Source: Porphyridium purpureum (Eukaryota). Taken from it: 64,000 bases of DNA. Positions 21,212 through 31,300 of this stretch are shown piece by piece. The stretch spans positions 2,728,001 to 2,792,000 of the forward strand of contig VRMN01000001.1 in the NCBI GenBank assembly GCA_008690995.1. The letters are read 5' to 3'. How positions within the stretch are numbered: position 1 is the stretch's first letter; the number at the start of each line of letters is the position of its first letter. The notes beneath the pieces are model-generated. The model saw nothing but the letters and a program-made list of their open reading frames with translations, was not told the origin of the DNA and searched no databases. A program made the position numbers and the translations under genes.

Positions 21212-21598
21212 TGCGAAGCGCGTCTGCTCTGTCCACAGCACCACGCCCGCCTTCCCTCTCTCTCTCTCTCTCTCCACCAGCGCAGGCGCGCGTTGTCGCG
21301 CGCTCTTTTCAAGTCTCGCAGCCGCCAGGTGTGTGTGTGTCCCACACATGTGTCTGTCCCGCCATGCGTCACATGCGACGCGACCGTTACGCTTCTGCAC
21401 GAGCTGCGGGACAACGGTCAAGTGTCGGTACAGCAATACTGTACACTATACCAACTGTACATCTCTCTCACTCTCATCCAAAAAGCCAAACTGTACTCAA
21501 CCGCGCTCGATCGTTCTTTACTGTACACAGCTGTACTCCATCCTGTATTCTTTTTGCTTTGATGATAGCGTCTTCGTGAAGCACGCGTATACCAAACG

Positions 21599-21856
21599 TG
21601 TACCAATAGTAACCTACTGGTGGCTAGCTGAAGCAAGAGGTCCACAACAAGACGACTTTACTCCTTAACACAACCTAGCTCTTACCTCAAAAGAAGACAG
21701 AGCGCCGACTCGTCGGCCGTCTCTCACACTCTAATGATATACTACTGTGGTTAACCATTACGGTCACCAACCAACGGAGAGTTGTCATCATTAAGCATTT
21801 GATGACTCCTCATCACGTCATCAGGCAGGCAGAGAGGGATGACAATATTCCACGCA
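21599..21856 (-). repeat. Probable 3' LTR of element A (ends uncertain)
   Basis: Follows the PPT and starts with TG; TATA-like and AGTAAA motifs on minus strand; no second copy available to confirm the ends. Confidence 0.5.
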
Positions 21857-21894
21857 CCCCCTCATCACTTCTGCGCTGGCTGCAAAGGAACGAA

Positions 21895-24800
21895 TCACAC
21901 TCGCTCGACAAGGTGCCAGCGGGTGTACGGATCATTGTCACACGACATTTTCTCATCATCATGGCTGTACGCATAGCCACGCATGCCAGCACCATCGTCG
22001 CAGTCGTCGGGCTGCATGAGCATCGCGAAGGCGTTGCCACGGTTTGCGGCGGAGCGAGCATGCGTCAGACGCTGGGCGATGCCAAGGGATAAGCTTGCAC
22101 CGTACAGGCCCCACGCGGCTGCATGGCCGCGAAACACGTCGGTGGCAATCGGCTTCGTCAAGCCGTCAGCGATGTTGTCGCGCGTAGCGACATAGACGAA
22201 CCTGACGAGTCCGTCCGCTGCTATCTCGTGCAACCATCTCAGAGAGATGCGCTGCATCTTTGGCGCATGCAGTAGCCGGTCACTGTGGCCGCGCTCCACC
22301 GCGCGCAAAGTCGACTCGTTGTCGCACCGCACAACGATCGGAGGCCAGCGCCTCAAAAGTTCTTCCGCCAGTGTCGCCACTGGGAACACGCTGCCTTGCG
22401 CTGCGTCGTGCAGCGCTACCAACTCAGCCTCGGTCGTCGAGGTGCTGACGCGCCGCTGGCGCCGACTGGTCCAATCTACAAGGTGTTGGCATCTGCCATT
22501 CGATATGAAGAGCACGGCGCCGCTCGTGGATGACGGTGCCGAAAAGTCGGCATCAGCCCACGCGTGCAACCGAACGTCGCGACTGCCTGTCGCGGGTATG
22601 TCGTATTGCAGACAGACGTCCGCATGCTTCTTCAGATACCCGACGATCTCGTCGAGCGCGCGATCCGCGCTTGGCCCCCACCGGTCGACATAACGCGCCA
22701 CATGCGCCGTGGCATAAGCGATGTCTGCTCGCGTGGTTCGGCTGAGCCACAGCAGTTGGCCAATGACTGTTCGCTTGTTCGTCGGGCACGCGCGCCCGCC
22801 GGGTCCATTGTCGTCGACCCGCTCGCTGAGTGGCGTGCTGCGCACGCGCAAGTTGTCCGCGGTGTGGCCGTTCGCCACATGGGTGGCGTACACCCCCGAA
22901 TCCAATATCCATCGGCCGCCGTCGCGATAGATATGCATGCCGAGATACTTGATAGGGCGCGTACGCGCCGAGTCTGCAATGTATTCGACCTTCTGGTCGA
23001 TTCTGAAAACGGTCTTCAGTTGTTTGACCGCCACTCGTACCGCATCCGCATTGCCGAAGAGTGCGCCATCGTCGACGTACATGCTCAGCGTGAGCATGCT
23101 GCCGTTCGCGTCGCGGCGCCAGTACTGGTTCTTGTCCGCGTTGGATTCTTGCCATCCAAGCCGCCGGACACGCTCGCGAGCGTCGTGGCTGAAGTCGCTG
23201 CCGCTCCTTTTCATTCCGTACAGAGCCTGCGGTAGCTCGACGACAGGCTCGCTACACGCGGCCATCTTCCTGTAGTCAGCTTCGCTGACTAGACCCTTCA
23301 CGACCGGGACCAGGTCGCGCAGATATCCGAATGTCGGACGGCCGCCCAATGGTGCACTGGGGTAGGCACACGTTACGTCGAAGAAGGCGCCGTCGGCGGA
23401 TGGTCCATGGAGCATGAGCACCATGCTCATCGAGGCGCGGATCGCCAGCAAACCTGGTGGGCGATCAAAAGGGTACGGTTCTTCGCGCGCGCGACGCCCA
23501 TCGGCGTCCAGCACGACGCATCCTTGCGCGACGATGCGGCACTTCGTCTTGTGGAAAGACGGAGGCATTTCTGAATTCTTCTTGTTGAAGAGGAGCTTCA
23601 ACTTAACAAATTGCGCGTTCGGAACGCGCGCCGCCACTGCCTTGTCCATCGTGCGGCGGAAAGGCAGAGCGCCAGTGCTGGTGAGCGCACGAAGCTCGGA
23701 TGCTAATGCATGGCGGCCGGCGGGCGTGGCCATCGCCACCGCTGTGGCCACAACTTCTGCCACCCCCAGACCTGCCGCTTCGTCCTCTGGTCCTCCTGTC
23801 GCCGCGCTTGTGTACGTTGCGTTGCTGCTACTCTCTGCTCGCGTCGCGTCGTTCCGCGTCGCGTCACTCGCTGCTGCTGCGTGCACTGGAAGCACACCCA
23901 GTTCCGCTGCGCGCGCGCGCAAGCCGGCTGGTTTGCGGCCGCGCATGAAGAATGCTGGCCTACCCGCGATGGCAAGCCAGTCCTCACCAAAACGGGCAAT
24001 GCCTTCGGATATGGCAATGTCCTCGGCCGGACTCCACGGCAGCTCAATGCGCCGATACTGTGCACGCGACGCGAGCTTTCCGTGCTCGTCTCGGTTGCAC
24101 TGGCAGTGCATTTGCCTGCATGCGCCGTCACCAGTGTGACGTCGGTTGGGCGCCGGACCCAAAATGCATTTCTCGCATTCGGTGCTCCCACCGACTATTT
24201 TCTTGCACTGTGTGCAGAATGCACGGTCCGGTGCATTGTCGCGTGCTCGCGACCATTGATCACCCGTCGCAATGGCCTCATCCGGAGGCCGCAGTGCCAA
24301 ACGTCGCAATGGCCACCTGTCGGGAAGTGGCTTCCATTCGCCGACCTTCCTGATCGCAGATGGCCGCAAGTCGGCAATGGGCAGGGCGAGCAGGTTTATC
24401 GGCTGCCGCCGGTCATTTGGCCTCGGTGCCGTGAACCCAACGACGATTGCAGGCAAGCCTTTCGGCTCAAATTTGCCGCGGCTCTCATCGTATATGAGAA
24501 TGCCGCTCCCGAATCCAGGGATGGGCTTGTGCCATGTCAGACCGAGCCGTTGCTCGAAGCTGGTCTGCTCCTGCTTTGCGCCGCGCCAGGCGAGGTTTCT
24601 GGCCAGGCAAAAGTAGGCGGCGGCGAACGGATACCACGCGGTCGGCAAACCAGACTGCATCAGCAGTGCTCGCACTGCTCCGTTCAAGTCTGCGTGCTTG
24701 CGTTCATGCGTCACGTGCGTGTTCGCCCGGTACGGTACACCAGTGACTTTCTTCACGCCCTTTTCCGCGATGAATCCGTCGAATTCGCCCATGAACTCGC

Positions 24801-26718
24801 GGCCCTCGTCACACCGCAACACTCGTGGCCAATCACCACGTCCGCGCTGCAGCTCCGTCAACCCGCGAATGCACTCAGCGGCGGACTTGTCCGCCAGCCC
24901 AATTGCTGAGAACCACCCAGTTGCTTCGTCGAGGTGAGTGAGCAGCCACCTGCTGCCCTCCACGGCTGCCAGTCCGGGATCCACAATGTCAATCGACACC
25001 ACGTCGTTGAACTCGCGCGCTCGTCCGCGCTCTTTGCCAACCGAGTCGTCTCGCCTCACAGCACGCGCGCGCCGCAGCTTTGCCGCGCTGCATATTCCGC
25101 ACGTGTCGCGCGACGGCATGTGCAGAACGCAATGGTCCTGCTCTACATGCTCAGCCTCGGCTGTGCCAAGACTGTGACCGCCGATGGTCATTTCGAAGCG
25201 GTTGGCTCGAAGCCAATCGAGACCGATCACGAGGTCATTGTGGCCATTGTACACGACCACGTCCTGCTGCTTCTCTGCTGAATCCAGCACCGCCAGATTC
25301 ACTGTCGCGCGCCCGCGAGACATGCACTGCGTGCCGTCTGCCAATCGAATGGTCAAGGCATTCGCGGTGCTATTTGTGCGCACTCGCACCATCGCGCATG
25401 CGCTCTCGCTCAGAAAGGTGTGCGTTGCGCCGGTATCGATGACTGCTTTCATCGCCCGGCCGTTCACCCAAGCATTCACCTTGAGCAACCCTTTGCCCGC
25501 ACTGGCGGTCATCAACTCGGCCCCGCCGAGATTGGCATCGCGATCATCGCGCCTATCTGCACAGTTGTGCGTCGCTGGCCCCCACACGGAGCACCGATGG
25601 CAGTAATAGCGCCCACGCTGATTACTCTTCTTGCCATCTTGTTGCGACTTCGGCGTCTGTCGCGGTCGTGGTCTACTGGCACCGCCTCGTTGCGGTGCGC
25701 CACGCTTCTGTCCGCGCCCACGCGCGTCGTTCTGGCCGCCACCACGGTTCCAACCGTGCGTGCTCGGCTCTCGCCAGCCGCCGTCTCGTCCGTCCGCGCG
25801 GCTCTGCGCGTACTGCTCTGCATGATTCGCACGCAGGTTCCGGTGCGGTCCAGCTGGTGACCATTGGTCATGCTGTTGCTGTTGATACTCGTTCGAGCGA
25901 TCCCGCTGGAAGTCGTTGTATCCTCGTTCGTGCACCCGTGCGCGGCTGCCGCTGGCGGTGCCCAAGTCCATTGGCACCGGACCATGCTGGTTATAGTTCA
26001 TCTGGGGGTGGTATGCAGGCTGCATGGCTGACGGGTACGTGCGTGCTGTGATGGGCTGCTGGTCTCGACCACGCTTAAATATGACTTTGTCGGCAACTAG
26101 AGCCAAACGCAAAGCGTCGTCATAGGTGGGAGGGAAGTGAAGCGCTACGTGAGTGGCAATAGAAGTGTCAAGAGATTCTGTAAAATAGTGAAGTTTATCT
26201 TTGTCTACCAAATTTGGTATACGCAGACAAACTTCACTAAATGCAGCTTCAAAATCTTGGACACTCATTGCACCCTGCTTCATCTTTTGCAGTTCATCCC
26301 GCACGTCATTTTCTGTTTCTTTTGGCTCGAAGCGCCGCTGAAGCGCGAGCAGAAACTCTTCTACCGAGGTGGGTCTCTGATCAGGTTGTAATGCCTGGTA
26401 CCAGAGTTGCGCCAATCCGAAGAGGTGAGTCGAAAGCGTCGACACTGCTTCCTCTTCCTCGGTTTCCGTCCAAAGACGGCCCTGCGACCGCCAATCCGAG
26501 CGCGCCGGGTTGTACACCCGCGAACGCGCTGCTGCCGTCCAGGTCATAATGGCCGCAGTGGATCGCTCGCCGCCATAGTACAGCATGGCCGCAGGGCGCA
26601 TGCAGCTCGGCAAAGCGCCACTTCCACCGGATCCATCGCGAAGCGCCCTCAGACGAACGTTCTCGCTCCGCAGCTCGGCGAGCTCACTCTGAACAATCGC
26701 CGTCCGGGTATTCAGTTC
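21895..26718 (-). CDS. Element A Gag-PR-INT-(Cys-rich/Myb)-RT-RNase H polyprotein, N-terminus removed
   Basis: PVPMDLG, VIDTGATHTF, HxxxHxPxxxxCxxC, D..D..E integrase, ALYGMK, MYVDD, WADADF, NIADGLTKP. Confidence 0.92.
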   Translation of the reverse strand, partial: ELNTRTAIVQSELAELRSENVRLRALRDGSGGSGALPSCMRPAAMLYYGGERSTAAIMTWTAAARSRVYNPARSDWRSQGRLWTETEEEEAVSTLSTHLFGLAQLWYQALQPDQRPTSVEEFLLALQRRFEPKETENDVRDELQKMKQGAMSVQDFEAAFSEVCLRIPNLVDKDKLHYFTESLDTSIATHVALHFPPTYDDALRLALVADKVIFKRGRDQQPITARTYPSAMQPAYHPQMNYNQHGPVPMDLGTASGSRARVHERGYNDFQRDRSNEYQQQQHDQWSPAGPHRNLRANHAEQYAQSRADGRDGGWREPSTHGWNRGGGQNDARGRGQKRGAPQRGGASRPRPRQTPKSQQDGKKSNQRGRYYCHRCSVWGPATHNCADRRDDRDANLGGAELMTASAGKGLLKVNAWVNGRAMKAVIDTGATHTFLSESACAMVRVRTNSTANALTIRLADGTQCMSRGRATVNLAVLDSAEKQQDVVVYNGHNDLVIGLDWLRANRFEMTIGGHSLGTAEAEHVEQDHCVLHMPSRDTCGICSAAKLRRARAVRRDDSVGKERGRAREFNDVVSIDIVDPGLAAVEGSRWLLTHLDEATGWFSAIGLADKSAAECIRGLTELQRGRGDWPRVLRCDEGREFMGEFDGFIAEKGVKKVTGVPYRANTHVTHERKHADLNGAVRALLMQSGLPTAWYPFAAAYFCLARNLAWRGAKQEQTSFEQRLGLTWHKPIPGFGSGILIYDESRGKFEPKGLPAIVVGFTAPRPNDRRQPINLLALPIADLRPSAIRKVGEWKPLPDRWPLRRLALRPPDEAIATGDQWSRARDNAPDRAFCTQCKKIVGGSTECEKCILGPAPNRRHTGDGACRQMHCQCNRDEHGKLASRAQYRRIELPWSPAEDIAISEGIARFGEDWLAIAGRPAFFMRGRKPAGLRARAAELGVLPVHAAAASDATRNDATRAESSSNATYTSAATGGPEDEAAGLGVAEVVATAVAMATPAGRHALASELRALTSTGALPFRRTMDKAVAARVPNAQFVKLKLLFNKKNSEMPPSFHKTKCRIVAQGCVVLDADGRRAREEPYPFDRPPGLLAIRASMSMVLMLHGPSADGAFFDVTCAYPSAPLGGRPTFGYLRDLVPVVKGLVSEADYRKMAACSEPVVELPQALYGMKRSGSDFSHDARERVRRLGWQESNADKNQYWRRDANGSMLTLSMYVDDGALFGNADAVRVAVKQLKTVFRIDQKVEYIADSARTRPIKYLGMHIYRDGGRWILDSGVYATHVANGHTADNLRVRSTPLSERVDDNGPGGRACPTNKRTVIGQLLWLSRTTRADIAYATAHVARYVDRWGPSADRALDEIVGYLKKHADVCLQYDIPATGSRDVRLHAWADADFSAPSSTSGAVLFISNGRCQHLVDWTSRRQRRVSTSTTEAELVALHDAAQGSVFPVATLAEELLRRWPPIVVRCDNESTLRAVERGHSDRLLHAPKMQRISLRWLHEIAADGLVRFVYVATRDNIADGLTKPIATDVFRGHAAAWGLYGASLSLGIAQRLTHARSAANRGNAFAMLMQPDDCDDGAGMRGYAYSHDDEKMSCDNDPYTRWHLVERV

Positions 26719-27017
26719 TGTTATCCGTTCGACCCCAGTCACCTAGAACGGTTCGGTTAATCCGAAACCGGTAAGCCGTTAAACCGGTAGACCGTTTAAC
26801 CGTTTCTAGAAGCTTCTAGAGGTTCCAGAACCTTCTAGACGCGCGCAGAAATGCCAATGATTTGCATTGTCATTTCTCTTGGCGCCTTGCTGTCCCTGGC
26901 GGAAGTAAGGGTATAAAAAGGCGACGCGCCTGCCCGGACTAGCCGGTCAGGTCTTGCTCGGAGACAGAAGAGGTAAGAAGAAGACGCAGAGAGTAAAAAG
27001 GCACAGCATTGGTAACA
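26719..27017 (+). repeat. 5' LTR of element B (299 bp)
   Basis: TGTTA...TAACA termini; direct repeat of 31888-32185; TATAAAA at 26912. Confidence 0.96.
26804..26840. promoter_or_regulatory. Tandem heat-shock-element-like arrays in the LTR
   Basis: TTCtaGAAgcTTCtaGAg and TTCcaGAAccTTCtaGAc, ~70 bp upstream of the TATA box. Confidence 0.7.
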
Positions 27018-27019
27018 TT

Positions 27020-27027
27020 TGGTATCA
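27020..27027 (+). other. Primer-binding site (tRNA-iMet-like)
   Basis: TGGTATCA 2 bp after the 5' LTR. Confidence 0.85.
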
Positions 27028-27584
27028 TCGCTGGTTACCTGGGGTTGCTCTAAGGTTCTCTTTGAGTTTCTCTGGGGTTGCCTGGGTGGGAGAGTCTGCG
27101 GGTAAGGGGGTTCGAGTAAGTCGATCCGGAGGGTGCGACGGGTGGAAGCGGGTCTCAGTCTTGGCTGTACGATAGGCCTAGGCCTTGACGGCGGACTCGC
27201 TCTCTGCCTTAGCACGTATTAGTAGGCAAGAGCCGTAACGGTCAGCCTTCACTAGGATTCATCCTAGTGTCGCACGACCACCTTTGCGAAGGTAGGCGCC
27301 GAACACCTCCATACAAGATCGCATCTATAATCCCCGCCCCAGTGCAAAGGCCCGGGCCGCTCCCCATCCAGCGCAACAGAGGAGGATTGCTGTGTGCTTT
27401 GTTGTGTGTGCGTGAGAGGGTTGCTGTGCGTGTGTGTGAGTGAGAGGACCGCTTCGTGTGTCGATTTGTGTTCGTGAGGGCGACCGAGCCCGTTCGTGGT
27501 GCGCGCAGCCGTTCGAGAGTGTGAGCAGCGGAGACTCGCTGTTTGTGTCGTTGTCGTCGTTTAGTGTGCTTGTTTCCAGAAAGC

Positions 27585-28391
27585 ATGGAGATTGATTCGG
27601 AGACGCTGGGACCACGTGGCCCGAAGGAGGCCCGTCTGATGAGGTTCGACGGGAAGCGTGACCTTCTCGTTGTGAAGACGTGGTTGTTCCAGGCGAGAAA
27701 GAAGATCTTGGGCCGGCTGTTGGAGAGCATCCACCCGGACGATTTGGAGAAACGTCTGCTTGCGGAGAGGCGTGCTGTGGACCTGGCATCAGACTACTTC
27801 GAGGGAGAGGCGCTTCATTGGTGGGTTCTAAACTGCGAACGCTACCCGCATGAGATCCCCACGACGTGGAATGATTTTGCTGCCCTCGTGAGTGCTCGGT
27901 TCACGCCGCAGGATTCGATCAGGCGTGCAAGGGACAAGTTGACGCGTCTTTCGCAGAAAGGCCCGGCCCATGCGTATGTGGCGGCTTTTCAGGACGCGGC
28001 ACTTGTGATTCCGGACTTGTCGGACGCAGAAATGATGGACCGCTTTGTGAGGGGTCTGAAGCCCGAGGTCCGCTTGGAAGTGTACAAGCGAGGAGTGAGT
28101 ACGTTCGCGGAGGCTGCGCAGGTGGCGGTGGTCGTGGACGACGCCATTCATGCGACCCGCGGCGTGCGTGATTCAAGTGTGAGGGCGCCATTTTTCGGTC
28201 GTGCAGCGCAGGAAGGACCTGTCCCGATGGAGCTGGGACATGTGCAGGGTCAGAGGCGTGTTCGTACCGAGCTCAAGTGCTGGAATTGTGGAAGGCCGGG
28301 ACACATCGCCAGGACGTGTCCCGAGGCAAGGAAGACTATCCAGCAGCTGGAGGGAGACTCGCTGGAGTCAAAAAACGAGGAGCTCGAGTAG
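27585..28391 (+). CDS. gag: Element B Gag
   Basis: Retrotransposon capsid-like region, PVPMELG and CWNCGRPGHIARTC zinc knuckle. Confidence 0.93.
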   Translation: MEIDSETLGPRGPKEARLMRFDGKRDLLVVKTWLFQARKKILGRLLESIHPDDLEKRLLAERRAVDLASDYFEGEALHWWVLNCERYPHEIPTTWNDFAALVSARFTPQDSIRRARDKLTRLSQKGPAHAYVAAFQDAALVIPDLSDAEMMDRFVRGLKPEVRLEVYKRGVSTFAEAAQVAVVVDDAIHATRGVRDSSVRAPFFGRAAQEGPVPMELGHVQGQRRVRTELKCWNCGRPGHIARTCPEARKTIQQLEGDSLESKNEELE

Positions 28392-31300
28392 AAAGGTTCC
28401 TCGGACAGTCAGAGGGAAAGGAGGCTCGCAGGCGTTACGAGACCTCTAGGGGCGGCAATGAAGACCGCTGTGGTGGCCTTGGTAAGCCAAGGTCTGGCTG
28501 TCCGACACCTTGTGGGCGAAACTCGAGCGCAAATCAGCCCGTGATCAAGGAACTTGGAGGGATGGGAGCTGCCATGCTTCTTCGAGTTCGAGGAAAAGTG
28601 CACAAGTCCGACGGAGAGGCCACGTTTTTGATTGACAGTGGCGCGACGGACAACTTCATGAGCGTGGACTTTGTGCTGAAATCCGACGGCCTGAAGCAGA
28701 AGGCGTCGTGGAAGAGAGATCATGTGACCCTAGCGGATGGGTCTGTATTGGAAACAGCCGGAGAAGTTTCCAATGTCAAGTTTGAACTGAGCGATGGGTA
28801 CTCAGGGGCCGCTAACTTTGCCATTTGCCGGATTGCGGGACAAGACGCAATCTTGGGCATGGAGTGGCTGAAGCGGGAGAACCCAGTGATTGATTGGCAG
28901 TCTGGCATGTTGGCCTACGGAGAGAAGAAGGCCTGGAGCATGACGCAGATGCTGGTGCCGCGGAAAGAGCTCCGTCGGCTGTTGAAGAGTCAGGAGGTAG
29001 AAGAGTGCTACCTCGGCGTGCTGAAAGGAAGGGAGGAGCCCTGTTCAGTGGAGCGCAAAGGAGATGACTCTGTGAAGAAGATGCTCAAAGATTTCGAAAG
29101 TCTGTTCGAGGAGCCGCGAGGGCTGCCTGAGAGCCGAACAGTGGAGCATGTGATTAGGCTGAAAGATGAGAAGCCTGTGAGAGTGGGCAGGGTCTACCGA
29201 CTGAGCCCTGCGGAGTTGAAAGTCCTCCGAGAGACTTTGGATGACTTGCTGGATAAGGGATTCGTCCAGCCGAGTCAGAGCCCGTTTGGAGCACCCGTGC
29301 TGTTCGTGAAGAAGAAAGACGGCAGCATGAGGATGTGCGTTGATTATCGGGCGTTGAACGACGCAACTGTGAAGGACCGGTATCCGTTGCCGAACATGGA
29401 TGAGTTGCTGGATCGACTGGGCGCAGCTCACTGTTTCTCAAAGTTGGATTTGGCATCGGGATACCACCAGTTGCGTGTTCGGAGAGAGGACGTGCCGAAG
29501 ACCGCGTTCCAGACCAGGTACGGACAGTTCGAGTTCCGTGTGATGCCGTTTGGTCTTTGCAACGCGCCGGCAACTTTTCAGAGGGCCATGAACGAGCTGT
29601 TTGCAGATCTGCTGGACAAGACCGTCATTGTCTACTTGGACGATATTTTGGTCTTTACCAAGGATAGGCAGTCGCACGGCGAGGTCCTGAAGGAAGTGTT
29701 GTCGCGCTTGCAAAAGGCAGGGTATCGTTTGAAGCGCAAGAAGTGCAGCTTTTTCGTTTCTGAAGTCGAATACCTGGGGAACATTGTCGGCAACGGTTGC
29801 GTGAAGATGGATCCACGGAAGGTGGAAGCTTTGAGAGATTGGCCAGTGCCAAAGACGGTGACGGAGTTGAGATCCTTTTTGGGAATGACAAACTGGTTTC
29901 GCAGGTTTGTCAAAGGATACTCTACCGTCGTGGCGCCGCTGACTTCGCTGTTGCAGAACGCAAAGTCGAAGAAGCAGCTGATCGAACTGGGAGATGAAGG
30001 CAAATCGGCCTTCAAGAAGATTGTCGGGATGTTGACGGAAGCGCCGGTGTTGGCCTTGCCAGACCCTGAAAAGCCATTTGAGGTGTACACGGACCGCTCC
30101 GAAGTCGCGGTGGGGGGATGGCTGGCACAGGAAGGCAGACCGGTCGCGTTTACGTCGAGGAAGCTGCTGGACCGAGAGACCAGGTACAGCAGCTATGAAG
30201 GTGAGCTCATGGCCGTCATTCACTGTCTGCGAGAGTTTCGACCTTATCTGTACGGGGCAAAGTTTGTGCTTCACACAGATCATGAGGCGTTGAAACATCT
30301 GATGACGCAGAAGGAGCTGAATGGCCGGCAAGCACGGTGGTTGGACTTTTTGGCCGAGTTTGATATCACAATCGACTATGTGAAGGGAAAGTCGAACGTG
30401 GTGGCCGATGCTTTGTCGAGAAAGCCAGAGTTGCATGCGCTAGAGTACCAAGTTCGGTGTGATGAATTTGGTGCGGGGTTCCAGGCATTCGTGGGTTCGT
30501 ACTCGAGTGACCCAGACTTTGGTGCTTTGATGGGGGATTTACCGACCCACCAAGGCTTTCGAACCGAAGCTGGGCTCTTGTACTTGAGGAATCGCGTTTG
30601 CGTGCCGAGGAAGTTCAGAGAGCGTGTCATGCAGCTCCACCACGATATCCCGACAGCAGGACACCGTGGAGCCGACACGACGTATGCATCTTTGATCACT
30701 CGCTTCTACTGGCCAAAGATGAAGCGAGACGTGAGCCGTTTTGTGAAGACTTGTCACGCGTGCCAAGTGACAAAGTCTGAGAATCGGTCGTTTGGAAAGC
30801 TGAAGCCCTTGTCGATCCCAGAAGGACCTTGGGTCGACATTTCGATGGACTTTGTGACGGAGCTGCCTCGGAGCGAAGGCAGCTGTGATGCAATCATGAC
30901 TGTGGTGGATCGCTATTCGAAGATGGCGCTGTTTATCCCGACGCGCAAGGACTTGACAGCAAAACGTTGTGCTGACTTGTTCGTGAAGCACGTCGTGAGC
31001 CGTTTCGGATACCCCAAGTCAATTGTATCGGACCGAGATCCGCTGTTTACGTCCACGTTTTGGCAGCAGTTGAGCAAGCGGGTGGGCATGAAGTTGGCTA
31101 TGTCTGCCGCCAACCACCCGCAGACTGATGGCCAAACTGAGCGAGTGAACCGGGTGATTCGGGAAATGCTCAAGTTAATGGCGACGAATAGTGGCTGGGT
31201 GCGAGACTTGCCGTTGTACGAGTTTGCGTACAACTCTGCACCAAGCAGTGCCACTGGATTCGCGCCGTTCAAAGTGGTATATGGAAGGGATCCTTGGTTT

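Larger units (their letters stand above)
21599..26718 (-). mobile_element. Element A: 5'-truncated LTR retrotransposon with copia domain order and gypsy-like gag/protease
   Basis: Single polyprotein ORF; polypurine tract GAGGGGG (minus, 21857-21863) followed by a probable 3' LTR; cut at the border of element B; left boundary approximate. Confidence 0.88.

Noticed and set aside
23414..24909. Long plus-strand ORFs (241 and 399 aa) opposite element A
   Set aside because: Antisense shadows of a GC-rich coding frame with no recognisable domain
29438..30436. 332-aa minus-strand ORF inside gypsy pol
   Set aside because: Antisense shadow ORF with no independent coding signal
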